Of a stretch of 64,000 nucleotides of DNA, positions 1 through 12,324 are shown one piece after another. The notes under the pieces are model-generated. The model was not told where the DNA came from, ran no database searches, and saw only the letters and a program-made list of their open reading frames with translations. Position numbers and translations under genes: made by a program. Origin of the DNA: Monocercomonoides exilis PA203. Lineage: Eukaryota > Protista > Preaxostyla. Each line of letters begins with the position of its first letter. The stretch's first letter is position 1. The DNA lies in the NCBI GenBank assembly GCA_001643675.2, contig LSRY02000007.1, positions 496,001-560,000 of the forward strand, in the 5' to 3' direction.

Positions 1-1583
1 CCTAGAAAATGAAAGACAATTTTGATTGGAAAAAACAAATTTAAAAATAAAATGATTCAATCAAAAAAGAAAAAAGAAGAAAGATTATGAAATTGATACA
101 AAAATAAAAAAATAACAAAAATGTTTTAAGAGAAAAATCCAATTATTTTTGTCTTTTAACTTTTTTCATCATAAAAATTCTCAATTTCAATTTTTAATCT
201 TTCTTTCAAATTTGTTCCTTTCCATGTGAAACATTAAACTCAAACCTCCGAGCAGCCCTCCCAAATGTGCATAGTTATCTATATGAGGCCCTGTTCCAAA
301 GATAAACATTATCATCATGAAAAGGGCAAAATTGACAATATTATTAACTCTGAAATACAGTTAAGTGATTTGCATTTGTCAAATCATTCACCATACGATT
401 AATCATTGACAATACATTTATTTTGATTTAGAATTAAAAAATTCGAAAAATACAATAGCACACTTGGTCATTTGATCCATTTCTTTCCATTTACATAATA
501 TATCAACAATCAATGCACCATACACCCCAAGTAGTGCACCACTTGCTCCAACGCTAACTTTCGAGTCATTTGGTATTGAAGCAGACAAAAGACATCCACA
601 AAATGCAGACAAAAAATATATCACCATTGTCTGCACGATACATAATCCAAATTAGAAATAAATTGGATAAAGCAAGCAAATATTAATTTAAATAAATAAT
701 TTAAGTTTTCAATTTGGAAACTTAATTTTGAAATAAGCGTTACAAACCTTAATTTTCCCCCAATCAACTTCTTTATAAAGCATAATTCGATATTGAAAGA
801 ACATGTTAAATGCATAATGTGAAATGTCTGAATGCATCAAAACAGGAAGAATCAATCTCCAAATCTATTATAATCATGAAATTTTAATTAATTGGTAATT
901 CAAAAAGTCAATAAAAAAGTGAATTGAAAAAACACTCAAAAACCTGAAACTTGTACTTGACAAGAGGACGATAAAGCGCTCCTAATTTTATAAGAACGTT
1001 TGTGGAAATGCCAAAGCTGAAATTTTTTGTTGTTGCCCAAGAAAACGAATATTCTATAATAAGATAGATGAGCTGGCATGAATAGAACAAAAATGAAAAT
1101 AACATCATTGAAAATCTAGACACCTGTAGAATCATCATTATTATTGTAAAACTTGAAAAAAATCGTTTCCAATCTTTTTGCCTTGTTGCAGAACAACATG
1201 GGCCAATACAGCATGCACATCCACACATTGTTGCAATTATTTCCGCAGTGTTTTGAGATCTATCAGATGGAAGATTGTCGCTCCAAAATCCGTCAACCAT
1301 TCTTGGAGTTTGAGTTGAGCTTTGAGGAAACTGCATAAAAGAAGTGTTTCTTGAGGTATTATGTGCCCTTCCCTCTTCTAAATCCCTTTTTAAAAAAATA
1401 AAATAAATACAATAAATCCATTTTATAAATAGCAAGCCAAGGAGCAGGGGATGTTCTTCCAGAAAGAGAGCGACCTTGATTTGGTCTTCCAGTTGAATGA
1501 ATTGTTTGTCCTTCTGAATTCCACGGATTTGGAAGCTGCATTTCATCTCCTTTGTTTGGATCCAGTGTGTGTATTTGGGACAT
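1..1583 (-). CDS. Rhomboid-family intramembrane serine protease (multi-exon; 3' end runs off the left edge)
   Basis: Spliced exons give IWRLILPVLMHSDISHYAFNM (WR and HxxxxHxxxN motifs, ~865-800), SVGASGALLG (catalytic Ser, ~555-520) and IDNYAHLGGLLGG (catalytic His, ~283-245). ATG at 1583. The last visible intron spans ~245-2. Confidence 0.9.
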
Positions 1584-1749
1584 TTTTATTTTAAAATAAA
1601 AATCACAAAGAAAAATAAAAAGTACGAAAATTAAACATTCGTATTGGGTACAACCATATTATTTAAATTTCATTCATTTGAAATTACTTTTTTTGTGAAA
1701 CTTTGCGTTAACATTACATCAAATATAGCAGCAATAGCTTTACGTAGAA

Positions 1750-4181
1750 ATGGATAAATTGCTCACTCCCAAACAAGCTTGTGTGAAATACGTTTTATTT
1801 GCTTCAAAATATGCTTTTCTTCAATATCAAATTGTTTCTTGTTATTAATGTTATTGTTTCAAGACAAGCCTTCACCCATAAAGGTTCCAGAAAGCATGTC
1901 ACCTCGCGCTCCTCAGAGTCCAATGACACCCATTCGTTCCGCTCAATCGAATCAAAAAAGTGATAAGAGAGTAACAAATATTATTTTGAAAGCTAAGGAT
2001 TACCCTACGGCTCGTGTAATGCCTGTGAAATCCTCTCTTCGTCCTCAATTAAATGTTGCGTCTGCTGAATCGTTAAATTCAACATTATCCCCACGAACGC
2101 CAAGAACTCCCAAAGATTTCTTTTCACAAAACCCTCCTGTTTCTCCTTCAACACGATCTGTTCATCACAACAGATCAGGACTTATTTCTGGCGCAATGAA
2201 GGAGGTAACTCGTTTAGGAAAGATCTATTCATTGTCTGATGAAAATAGTTTGAGTCTCGATTCATCTGGTGGCAATGAAGTGATAACTGGAGCATCTCCA
2301 ACGCAACAATTTTCAACTTCGTTTTCACATGTTCAACAACAATTTTCTCCGCTTACCAATTCCAGTTCGATGAGTAATCCCATCTCAAATGATTTTGCTC
2401 TTGAACATCCTCAATCAAATGCAAGAGGGACAAGTATTTTATCGACAAACTATTCGGAAAAATCTTCGTCTCCACTTCAGAGAGATGTTTCTCCATGTCG
2501 CAGAACATCATCTTTTTTATATTCTCCACGTTCATCTTCACCTTTGTCTGATTTTAAGCAGTCTTCACAGAGTATTTCATCTTCACCGACTGGAAAGAGG
2601 ATGTATCAAAGCCAAATTCGCCCTGTTTCGATTTTTTCATCACCAGAAGCTCGAAAAACAAGACCACGAACAATAAGCGAGGTGATGCATGAGATTCAGG
2701 AAAAGGAAAAGGAGAAAGAAATCGCCAACTATCAAAAAGGTTATACGGGTGAATCTGATATCTGTCAGGAAAATGAACTGAAAATGGACTCAGAAAAGTA
2801 TGATTTTAAGAGGCTCAATGATGATTGGATTGAATTTGAGCGCGAAAAAGAAAGGGGATCAGCATTTGAAGGAGGATTTCAAAGAGAAGGAGAAGAGAGA
2901 ATGAAAATGGAGGTGGAAAGAGAAAGAGAAAGAGAAAGAGAAAGAGAAAGAGAAAGAGAGAAAATACTTGCAATGAAAGAAAGCGTGTCACGTGATGTTT
3001 TGCTGGAGACGATGAAAGAAAGGCTGCTGGAAGAGAAAAGAAGGCAAGCAGAAAGCAGCCAAAAAGCAGACATTCAAAAGGAAAGAGAAGAAAAATGGAA
3101 AGATTTAGTGCAAAATGTGGCACGATCGCCTGACTTTCGCTTGCGCGAGACACAAAATGAAATATCGCATTCACCTTTTGCAGGTTCGAACTTTTCTTCT
3201 TCTTTTCGGGCTCCCTCTGCGCTGTCTGTTTTGGATCGGCCTTCAACGGCTGGCTCAGCTCGATTTCAAAGAACAGTTCAGTCTCCTTTGAACTCGGCTC
3301 GCTTGTCTTTCTCTTCTTCTTCCTCTTCTTCTTCTTCTTTTTCTTCTTCCTCTTCTGATAGATTTTCTTCAACACAACCTCTGATGCAGCAGAACAGCAC
3401 CAGCTTCTTAGACTCGAAGAATAAGACTTCGATAAATGACTATTTGTCTTCCTCTTTGCCTGCATCTTCTTTCAGTTCATTTGCAACTAATGCTTCGAAT
3501 TTTTCATCTTCTCCATTACGTCCATCAACATATTCATCGTCATCATCATTTTCTTCTTCTTCTTCTTCTTCTTCTGCCCCTTCTTATTCATCTGCAACAT
3601 TTCAAGATAATCAAGCAAAAAATAATTATTTTGAAATCAATCCACTGAAAGCTTCAGTGCCTGCTGAATTTCCTTCATCATCATCTTCTTCTAATTCTAA
3701 TTCTAATTCTAATTCTGTTTTTCAGTCCGATTCTTTGCCCTTTTCTTCCGCGACTCGTTCCATCACTCCATCTTCTCTTGTGATTGAAGACGAGCCTGCT
3801 GAATCAACTTCGCCTTCTCTTTCTTCTCTCCTCTCTGAAAGATCGCAATACCCTTCTTCTGCATATTCATCCGCATCTTCGTCGTTTGGAAGGTCTCAGC
3901 TTTATTCCAAAAATTCTTTTCTTTCGACTTCTTCTTCATCACAAGCTTATTCTTCTCCTCAATTTCGTTCTTCTTCTTTTGGTTCGAATTCGTATCAGCA
4001 AAAATCTCCAATAGAGCGCTCAACGAATTTTGGTCGCATTCCTCTTCCTACTCAATCGTTTCCCTCATCTCCCATGCTTTCTCCTTTGCCATCACATCCA
4101 CTTCCAGCCTCTCCACCTCACGAAATACCAAATTATAATACTCATTCTTCACTTCAATCACTTCAAGCTTCTGCTTACTAA
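1750..4181 (+). CDS. Hypothetical Ser/Pro-rich low-complexity protein with a central Glu/Arg coiled coil
   Basis: 800-aa ORF at 1779-4181. Likely true start is ATG 1750 (MDKLLTPKQ) with an intron ending CAAG at ~1863. No recognisable domain. Confidence 0.7.
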
Positions 4182-4336
4182 AATTAAAATTATTTATAAG
4201 CGTAACTAATATATTATATTTTCGTATTATTATTTGTCAGTTTATTTTTATAACAAAAAGAAAAAATGAATAATTAATGATCAAATAAAAAATGCAAAGG
4301 GCATATTGATCATTTTTGAAATTCGAAACAGATTTC

Positions 4337-7300
4337 ATGGATTCTGAAGATAAATCAGGAGATGAAATCTCAGAGAGGAAAAAAAGGAGGATTATAGAGT
4401 GGATTAACAGCATGAAACCAACTGCTTGTGCAATTTTCACGACTGAAAGCGATCTTTCTGATGGAGGTGTTCTTTGCGGTATTATTGAAGAATTAACCGA
4501 CGAAAAGATTGAAGCGTATCAGCGAAGACCAAAGAGTTTTGAGCAAAAGAAAGCTAACTTCTCAATTATCCTCAAGCATCTTGTCGAATGCGCAAACTCA
4601 TTTCAGTCTTTTGACCTGCCAAATTTACTAACAGCGGAAGAGACCCCCAGACTTCTCGCAGAGGTTTGCAATTCTTTTGTATATGAAATGCTATTGTAAT
4701 CTTTTACTTTGAATAATATTTTTCATGACAGGGAAATAACGGGGTATTTTGGAAAGTTTTTTCAAATTTATATGACATTGCTCATCCAAATATAGATTCG
4801 CCTTCACCAAAACGTATTTTTCAACAAAAGAAACTTGTTGAAAATATTGAGCCTATTACACCACTTCATGATTTATCTCGGTCATTTCATTCCGAACCAA
4901 CTCCACTTCGCAATTCTGTAATAAAGCCATCTCCCTTTCTTGATGTAACTCCAGATTCTGATGATCCAACGCTTCATCTCGATTTTTACAATCTTTCACA
5001 TGAACAAAATTCTATAATAAGCAAAACATCTAGGCATTCTTCAAAAAAGAAAAGCACAAAAAGTCTGCGTTATCAAGATGACGAAGAGGATTTAACAAAG
5101 TCGGGGAAAAAAGCTAAAAAAGCAGCAACACGGCAAAACTTGGATGACGATGTGTCTGCCACTTCTGCTACTCCGAAAAGAATAGAGCATCAATCAGAAC
5201 AATTTCCTGATGATTTCCCTGACGAGCAAATATTAACATTATCGCAGAAATCTGCGAAATCCTTGAACGTTGCTGCAACACCAACAACAACAGCATCCTT
5301 TGTGACCCCTCCTTCAACACTTTCGCGAGTCGAATGGCTTGAGACTCCAACTATACGAAACACTACAAAGCAAATGACTGCCAAATTTCATCATCACTTG
5401 AAGATTGTTGAAGAAGACGAAGAGATGAAAAAGGGAAGAGAATTACATTTGTCTGAGCTTTCAACTCCATTGCCTTCTTCTATTGCTTCTGCTTCTGCTC
5501 TTTCAATACAGCAAGCATCGTTTGATTCTACGTATGCATCAAACTATTTGGCAATGGAACTTCCTCAGTTCGATTTTTCTGCTGGAAAAAGTAAAAGAAA
5601 AAAGCAAAAGACTTCACTTGAATCAAAAGGTATCGATGAAATTGAAAAAAATGAAAGTACCGAAAACGAGAAGAATGATCAAGAAGTTTTGAAAACCAAA
5701 AGATCTTCAAAATATCGAGAAAGTCGAAGATATGAAGAAACAAGAAATGAACGAGGAAGAGACAATGATAAAAGATATAACAAAATGCGCCTTTCTGAAG
5801 AACGAGAGCGACTCAGATCACTCGAAAGACAGACTGCCCGCGAGTGGCGAGAAAAGAAAGAAAAGGAGCAAGAGGCACTTGGAAAAAGCAGAAAACCGAC
5901 TACAGCAGAAGATGAGATGACTTTGTATTCACTTGAATTGAATTGGAATCCATCAACAGCAGGGCCTTTTCTTTCGAAGCACAGCGAGAGCCGGTGGCCG
6001 TTGACTGAAAGAGAGAGAAAAGAAGGAAAAGGAAAAGAGGGAAGGAACGAGAAATCTGGATGGAATAGTGAAGAAGGATATGAAAATGATGAAAGAAGTG
6101 GAAGGAAAAAATCATTATCACCTTCTTTGGTTCCTGCAACTTCTTTGCAATATCACAATGAAATGCTTAGGAGAAGGGAGGCAGGAGCTGAGAAAGAGAA
6201 GAAAAATGAAAAAAGAGTAACTCACGGTGATGTGATGAAGAAGATTCACAATGGCCTTATGACAGAATGGCATGAAAGGCTGACCACAATTGTCGATCCC
6301 ATTGCAGAGAAAATATTCAAAGAGAGAGAACAAGAGAAAGCGAGAAGAGAGCAGCAGATGGAGGAAATGGAAAATAACACGAAATTGAAAAGAGAGAGCG
6401 AAGGGCAAAAAGGAAAGGGCAATGCAGAAAGTAATGTTTCAGGTTCGTCCGATGGTGAATCGCAGAGTAAAAGGCGGATGATGGATGCTGCTTACAAAGA
6501 CAAGCTTGAAAAGGAAGCGCTGTTAGAGAAACAAGCACAGCTTGAAAGAGAAGCTCGTGCAACAGCAGAGCAGCAGAGCCGGTTGGAAGCGGAAAGCAAA
6601 GCGAAATTGCAAAAAAAGACGAAGGAAGAAGAAATGGAAGACAAAATGGGAAGTCACTTTTCAAAACGCCAAAAACGTATTTTGCGATGGTTGTATGAAA
6701 ATGGGATTGATATATTTTACTACAAATATCGTAATAAAAAGCGGAGAAGCGAAAAAGAGAATCTTCTGAATGATAATATGAGCGATGGCATTCATGATAT
6801 GATGGAGAAAGATAGTAACAGAGAGGAAAATTCTGATGAGAACAAAGAAGAAGACAACGAAGAATCTGATGCAAACGAGCTTTCACAAACAGATCTGGAT
6901 TCTGAAGAAAGATCTGACAAAAGTAAACCACAAAATGAATCATGTGCTCTTCCACTAAACTATTTCTCCACACTCACAACTCCTCCACCTTCCTCTCTGC
7001 GCAAACCGTGTTGTGTTGATCCTTTGTTTCTGCTTGCTATTCTTCCGGATGGCTGCACAATTCCTTATCTCGTTTCGCTCTGTTTGTCGTCTCCTGTAAT
7101 GGGCCTTCAGAAGTTGCCAAAATCGTCAGCTGCTCGCAGAAGCAACATTGAAAGATCGTTGAATGCACTGAAAAATGTGAAAAAGATGAAACGAAGACAT
7201 TTAATGGATGCCGACGAAATAATGAGGGGTGAAAAGATGTGGGAAGAAATTAGAGAGAGAAGGAGAAAGGAATACAAAGAAAATAAGCAGAAGGATAATG

Positions 7301-10300
7301 AGAAGACAGAAGATGTGTTGGAAAGCTTAACTGACGAAGAAAGACCGAAGCAACAAGAAGAGAAAAAAGATAAGGAGATTATGTTTTCACCTGAAGAAGC
7401 AGAAGTAAACCAAATTTGCTGGGAGCTGCTAGAAGACATCACAGAAGCATTCAATTATCCTGTTAAAAAGCTGAAAGATGGAATTCCTTGTTTGCCTCCT
7501 CCTTCGAGAGTAATAGGAAAATCTGCATCAAAACGCTCCATTGGAACAGCAGCACCGAATACCAAAGCCAAACAAGAAGCATCGTCAACAGCAACGAAGA
7601 ACGCTGTTCCAAGTGTGTCTGAATCCTTTTCTGCCATTCAGACTCCTGCCCATTCAAAACAGCAAGCTCTGCCTGAAGCTCAAAACTTCAGCAAGTATTC
7701 TGTGCCTTCTCCCTCGTCTGCTCCACTTCAAACCAAACAGAAAACTCATGTTGTCCGTTTTTCGGCTGTCTCAGACCCACTTCCCTCCACGAAATCGAAA
7801 AATGTTCGATCTTCCTCAATTTCAAAATCAGCGTCCCCTTCTCCTTCGTCTCCTTCATCTCCAAAAACATATCGTTCTCAATCTCCCACTGAACGTATTT
7901 CTGCTTCTTCAAACACATCTCGTCCACAATCTCTTTCACCATCGCCTAATTTTTCAGCTTCATCCTCTCCATATTCTTCTCCATATTCTTCTCCATCAAA
8001 TCGTTCACGCTCCCTTTCTCCTCCCATATCTTCAATGTCACCGCGCATGCAATCACGTCAAAGACGGCATACATCACCCAATTCTTCTTCTGCACCTTTC
8101 TCTCGCACTTCACGTTCTCCGTTGCCTCTTCACTTACTCTCACATGTTGTGGAGAATCCACCTCAAATCTCTTTGGAAGATGAACACGATGCCGAGCGCT
8201 GGCTGCAGGATGAAGTTGGACTTCTTACTCCTTCTTCTGAAAACAGGGCGATGATGTCAGCACTGGACGATCCACTTTGCAATGGAGTGATGCTCAGTGA
8301 TCTTGCTACTATCTGCAGGCAAGCTGCGTCTATTGCTGAAGATTGGTCGTGGAATTCTACTTCGGGAGTGAGCTGGTCTCAGAAGGACGAAGGTTCGGAT
8401 GGGGTTAAACGGAAGCAACAGCTGTTTGTTGATCCATTTTCAGTTAAACGAGCAAGCGTTGCGAAAACTTCAAGCTCTTTAGCTTCGCCTCAAAAAACAG
8501 ATCGACCAAGGACAGCAGTAGAAAAACCAGGACCTTTGAACCTCAATTCATCGCTTCGCTCCAGATCTCAGTCACCTCCTGTTTCGCCATATAAGTCTCG
8601 ATTGAATTCAACTGCAACGCAAAATGAATTGTCGAATACGAAGCAAGAGCAAGGAGGAAGCCCAAGAACAAGCAAAAAGGTGAGGCAGACTCCGTTCACT
8701 TGCCTTCCACACTTTCCTTGCAATCGCTGTCCACGCACCCACAATGATGTGCGACAAAATCTGCAACCAGTTTTTGAATGGCTGCAACGAACAGAAAGAG
8801 TTCCTCCAGTCTATTTGTGGAATCCAGATGAATACATAAAAGGAAATAGAGATTATATTTATGGGATCATCTTGGCAATACAAAAGAAATTCTCTTCAGT
8901 TATCAGTGAGCTATATGAAAGCTACGGCAAGCCTGATGTAATTCGATATCCAGTTGCTGTTCAAATGATGGGTGGAGAGAATCTGAGCTCGGGCATTTTG
9001 GGGAAAGGCAAAAGCTCAATGGGCATTGGTCGAACCTCTATTTCTTCATCGATGATGTCCAGCAGCGTTTGCGACATGGGAGCAAGTTTGAGTGGCGGAA
9101 TTGGAGGTGGCTTATCTGAACTGGTTCGCTTTGGATTAGCTGGGCGAGATGCAGGAATGGGAGGTAGATATGATGGCACACTACACAAGACAGCTGTTGT
9201 TGTTGGACCAAATGAAGGATCACAACAATCTTTTCAGTCTTTATCCTCGTTGTTAAAGCTTCGTGCATCAAGTACAATTCCTGGTGTGCCTTTACCATAC
9301 ACTGCTTCGCAGTTGACTGATCTCGAGGAGTCGTTGGTTGATTGGATTAATGGGCTCCATCTTATTTCTGGTCCTCCATTCAACACGTTTGATTCAATGC
9401 TTCCAAGCATCTGCAGTGGAACTTTGCTGTGCTCGATTTGTTCTCTTCTCGGGAATTCTCGTTTGGTTGGAGTGATTCCTGATCCAAAGACAACACTCGT
9501 TAAGAAACGGAATGTGGAAAAAGCATTGAGCATTTTGAGAGGAATTAAAAACTTCCCTCGAACACATGTTCATTCGCATGCTGCAAATGTGATTGTACAA
9601 GGTGAAAGACAGACAATTGTTGGACTATTAGAAGATATCCACAGGGCACAAGATGGAATGGAGCCAGCTCCACGTCATAAAATGGATGTACTGCTTGAAA
9701 AAGCTAAAAGAGAGAGCGAATCGCAGATGAACGGTAGTGATGGAGATTTTGAGAGTATCTCTGAATCGAAATTCTTGAATCTCCAGAATACTCGAAATGT
9801 ATCATCTTCATTAAGAAATAGCAGTGAATCCAGCAATGCATCTGTTTCTTCTCTTCTTTCATTTGAACCTTATCTTGGACGTCGATTCAAATCAACTGCT
9901 CGTCTGCAAGCAATTCATCAAAATCAGCAGAAATCATTTTCTTCATCCTCTTCTACTTCATATTTTGCAACAGCAATAGCATCAGCGACTCAAAACTCTC
10001 CTTTTGTTGGAGGAGGGAAAAGTGGACTTACTTTGAGTCAGTCATATGCATCTCCATCAACTGTACTCAACAGTACATCTGTTTCTGCTTCTTTGTCTCC
10101 ATCAATGTCACCCAGTGGTTCTTTAGGAGGATATTCAACTATTGGATTTTCAGGAAAGCAACTGCCATTTCCACAAATATACACTTCTGCACCGACAAAA
10201 GCGCAGAAACGAAGTGGTCTCCATTCTATTTTTGATAAGTCAGTTTCCAATACAAGTGAACAAGAAACCACCATCGGTCCAGGAATGCCGAATCGGAAAG

Positions 10301-11887
10301 GTAAAAAGACAAAGCCAGGATTTTTGGGGCCAGATGTGTTTACTTGCTGCCCGCGCCCAGGTGGAGATGAAGAAGGCAGCAGACTTTTCAGAAGCCGTGC
10401 TGATGGCAGCTTGTTTGGTGATGACGATGACTCATGGAGATCGTCAATGTGGGATCGATTTTCGATGCTTTCAATCAAATCACAGCAGCAAAATCAAAAT
10501 GAGACAAGAGCAAGTCCAACCGGAAGAGAAGGAGAAACTATCCCTTCACCTAATTATTCATCAAATGTTGCTAAGTCTCCGTCTGCCAGAGCATCTTCTG
10601 AACCCAAAACACCTTCATCTGTTCGCTCGCGCCACAGTTTTCGTTCGCCTCGCCCTCTTTCCTCTCCTCTCTCTTCTTCGAAATACACATCTCCAATGTC
10701 TCCGCGCACTCACGCAACTCCACGCACCCCGTTCTCTCCTCTAACTCCATGTTCTGCTGCATTTAGACAGCAACAAGGTCGCGATGGGCAACGAAGCGTT
10801 TTTGACAGAGGTGAAAGTGTAATGCTAACAGTTTCACGTTTAGCACATAATGCATTGACATTGCTGAGATCAAAGAAACAACGTTTGTTATTTTTTAAAA
10901 TTTGTTAAAAAAAAATATATTTTAATTAAAAACTTTTGTTATCTATTTTTATGATTATTTTTTTTTTTCAACAGTTATAAAGATGGCTAATGATGTTGAA
11001 GTTGGAGTTGTGGTAGATATGAGGAATATGTTTGTTCCACCAATACCACAGGCAGCAGTTCAGAAGGAGATGTTGATGGAAGAAAGGAAAGTTGATGGAG
11101 AAAATTCGGAGGATAAATTGACTCATGTCGCAGTGGAAATGTCAAAAAGCATCAAAAACACACAAACAATTGCAGAAACTTTTGTATGTTTTTGTATTAA
11201 TTGCTATTTCTGTTAATTTTCTCAATTTCTTTTTTGAATTAATATTTTCAATTTATCTATTATTCTGTTGTTATTGTTATTGCAATAGGCTCCTTCTGCT
11301 GGTTATTTGCTTGCAAAATGGTTGGACTCTGTAGGAATTCATCTTGCATCTCCATTTTCTCTTGAGTCTCCAGTCATTCATGAAGTGTGTAGTTTTCGAA
11401 ATTATTTATATGCATTGGATTTTAATTGTTTTTTATATTTTCATTCAATAAATGATGTTAATTATCAGTTTTCTGATGGTCTGCTCCTTGCAGATTTGGT
11501 GTCTAAACTGGAGCACAGAGATATTCCTGGTGTCAGTCGTAAGCCAAAGTCAAAGGCAGAATATCTTCACAACATAAGTGCAACATTGAAAGTTTTGCTT
11601 CAAAAAGGGGTTTGTGGCATTTTATTAAAAGATTGAATTTGTTAATTTTGCTTGTTGCTGTTGGACTCAGACGATGCCATTGGATTTCTTAGGTGCAGAG
11701 GCGAAAATCATGAAAGGAGAAGCTGATGTGATTATTCGACTTCTCGAATGCATTAGGAAAATATACTCACCTCGGTTTGTCACTTTTTCTTATAAATTTT
11801 GAAAGATTACAAATAAATTCTATTTATAAATTTTTGTTTTTCATTTTGATCTATTTAAGTGCTCTAAAAATCCAAAAGAAGCGTTAG
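4337..11887 (+). CDS. Large multi-calponin-homology (CH) domain protein (~5 CH-like units)
   Basis: Repeated CH signatures: IIEWIN..LSDGGVLCGIIE..KKANFSIIL; RILRWL..LPDG..RSNIERSLNAL; AERWL..LCNGVMLSDL..RQNL; LVDWIN..ICSGTLLC..KRNVEKALSIL..VQGERQTIVGLL; LAKWL..FSDGLLLADLV..LHNISATLKVL. Intron 4664-4731 joins the 4316 ORF in frame to the 5140-10908 ORF. Small 3' exons end at TGA 11802 or TAG 11887. Confidence 0.75.
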
Positions 11888-12324
11888 ACGGATTTATTTG
11901 TATTCATTGGATTCTTTCTGTTCTCTTTGTCTTTGTATTTCTTTTGTTTCACTTCATTTCTTCGTGTAACTCCAATGTTCATTTATCAATTTTGGAACGA
12001 TGAACATTCTGTTTCCGTTACCACTTTGATTTGACTATTAGCAGTAAAACAAAAGCTAAATCACCTCAAAAAGTTTTCGTTGTATCGAAACTGCGAATGA
12101 AGAATATGAAAACTATTAAAAAAAACTTAGTACAAAAAATAATTTTCGTTAACGCGCATATTTTATAAGAAGAAAAATAGAATTATGATAAATGATGAGT
12201 GTAAATTATAACAAAACAAATAGAGCCGAAAACAAATAAAAACGAAAGACGTAAAGAAATGGATAAAGGATAACATAGAAAATCGTACAAGACTCTCTAT
12301 TTTATAAAGAAGTGTTTGTGATTT

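Noticed and set aside
4173-4331. Splicing of the Ser-rich ORF into the CH protein via a GC donor
   Set aside because: The candidate GC donors are phase 0 but the acceptor needs phase 1. ATG 4337 gives a simple independent start.
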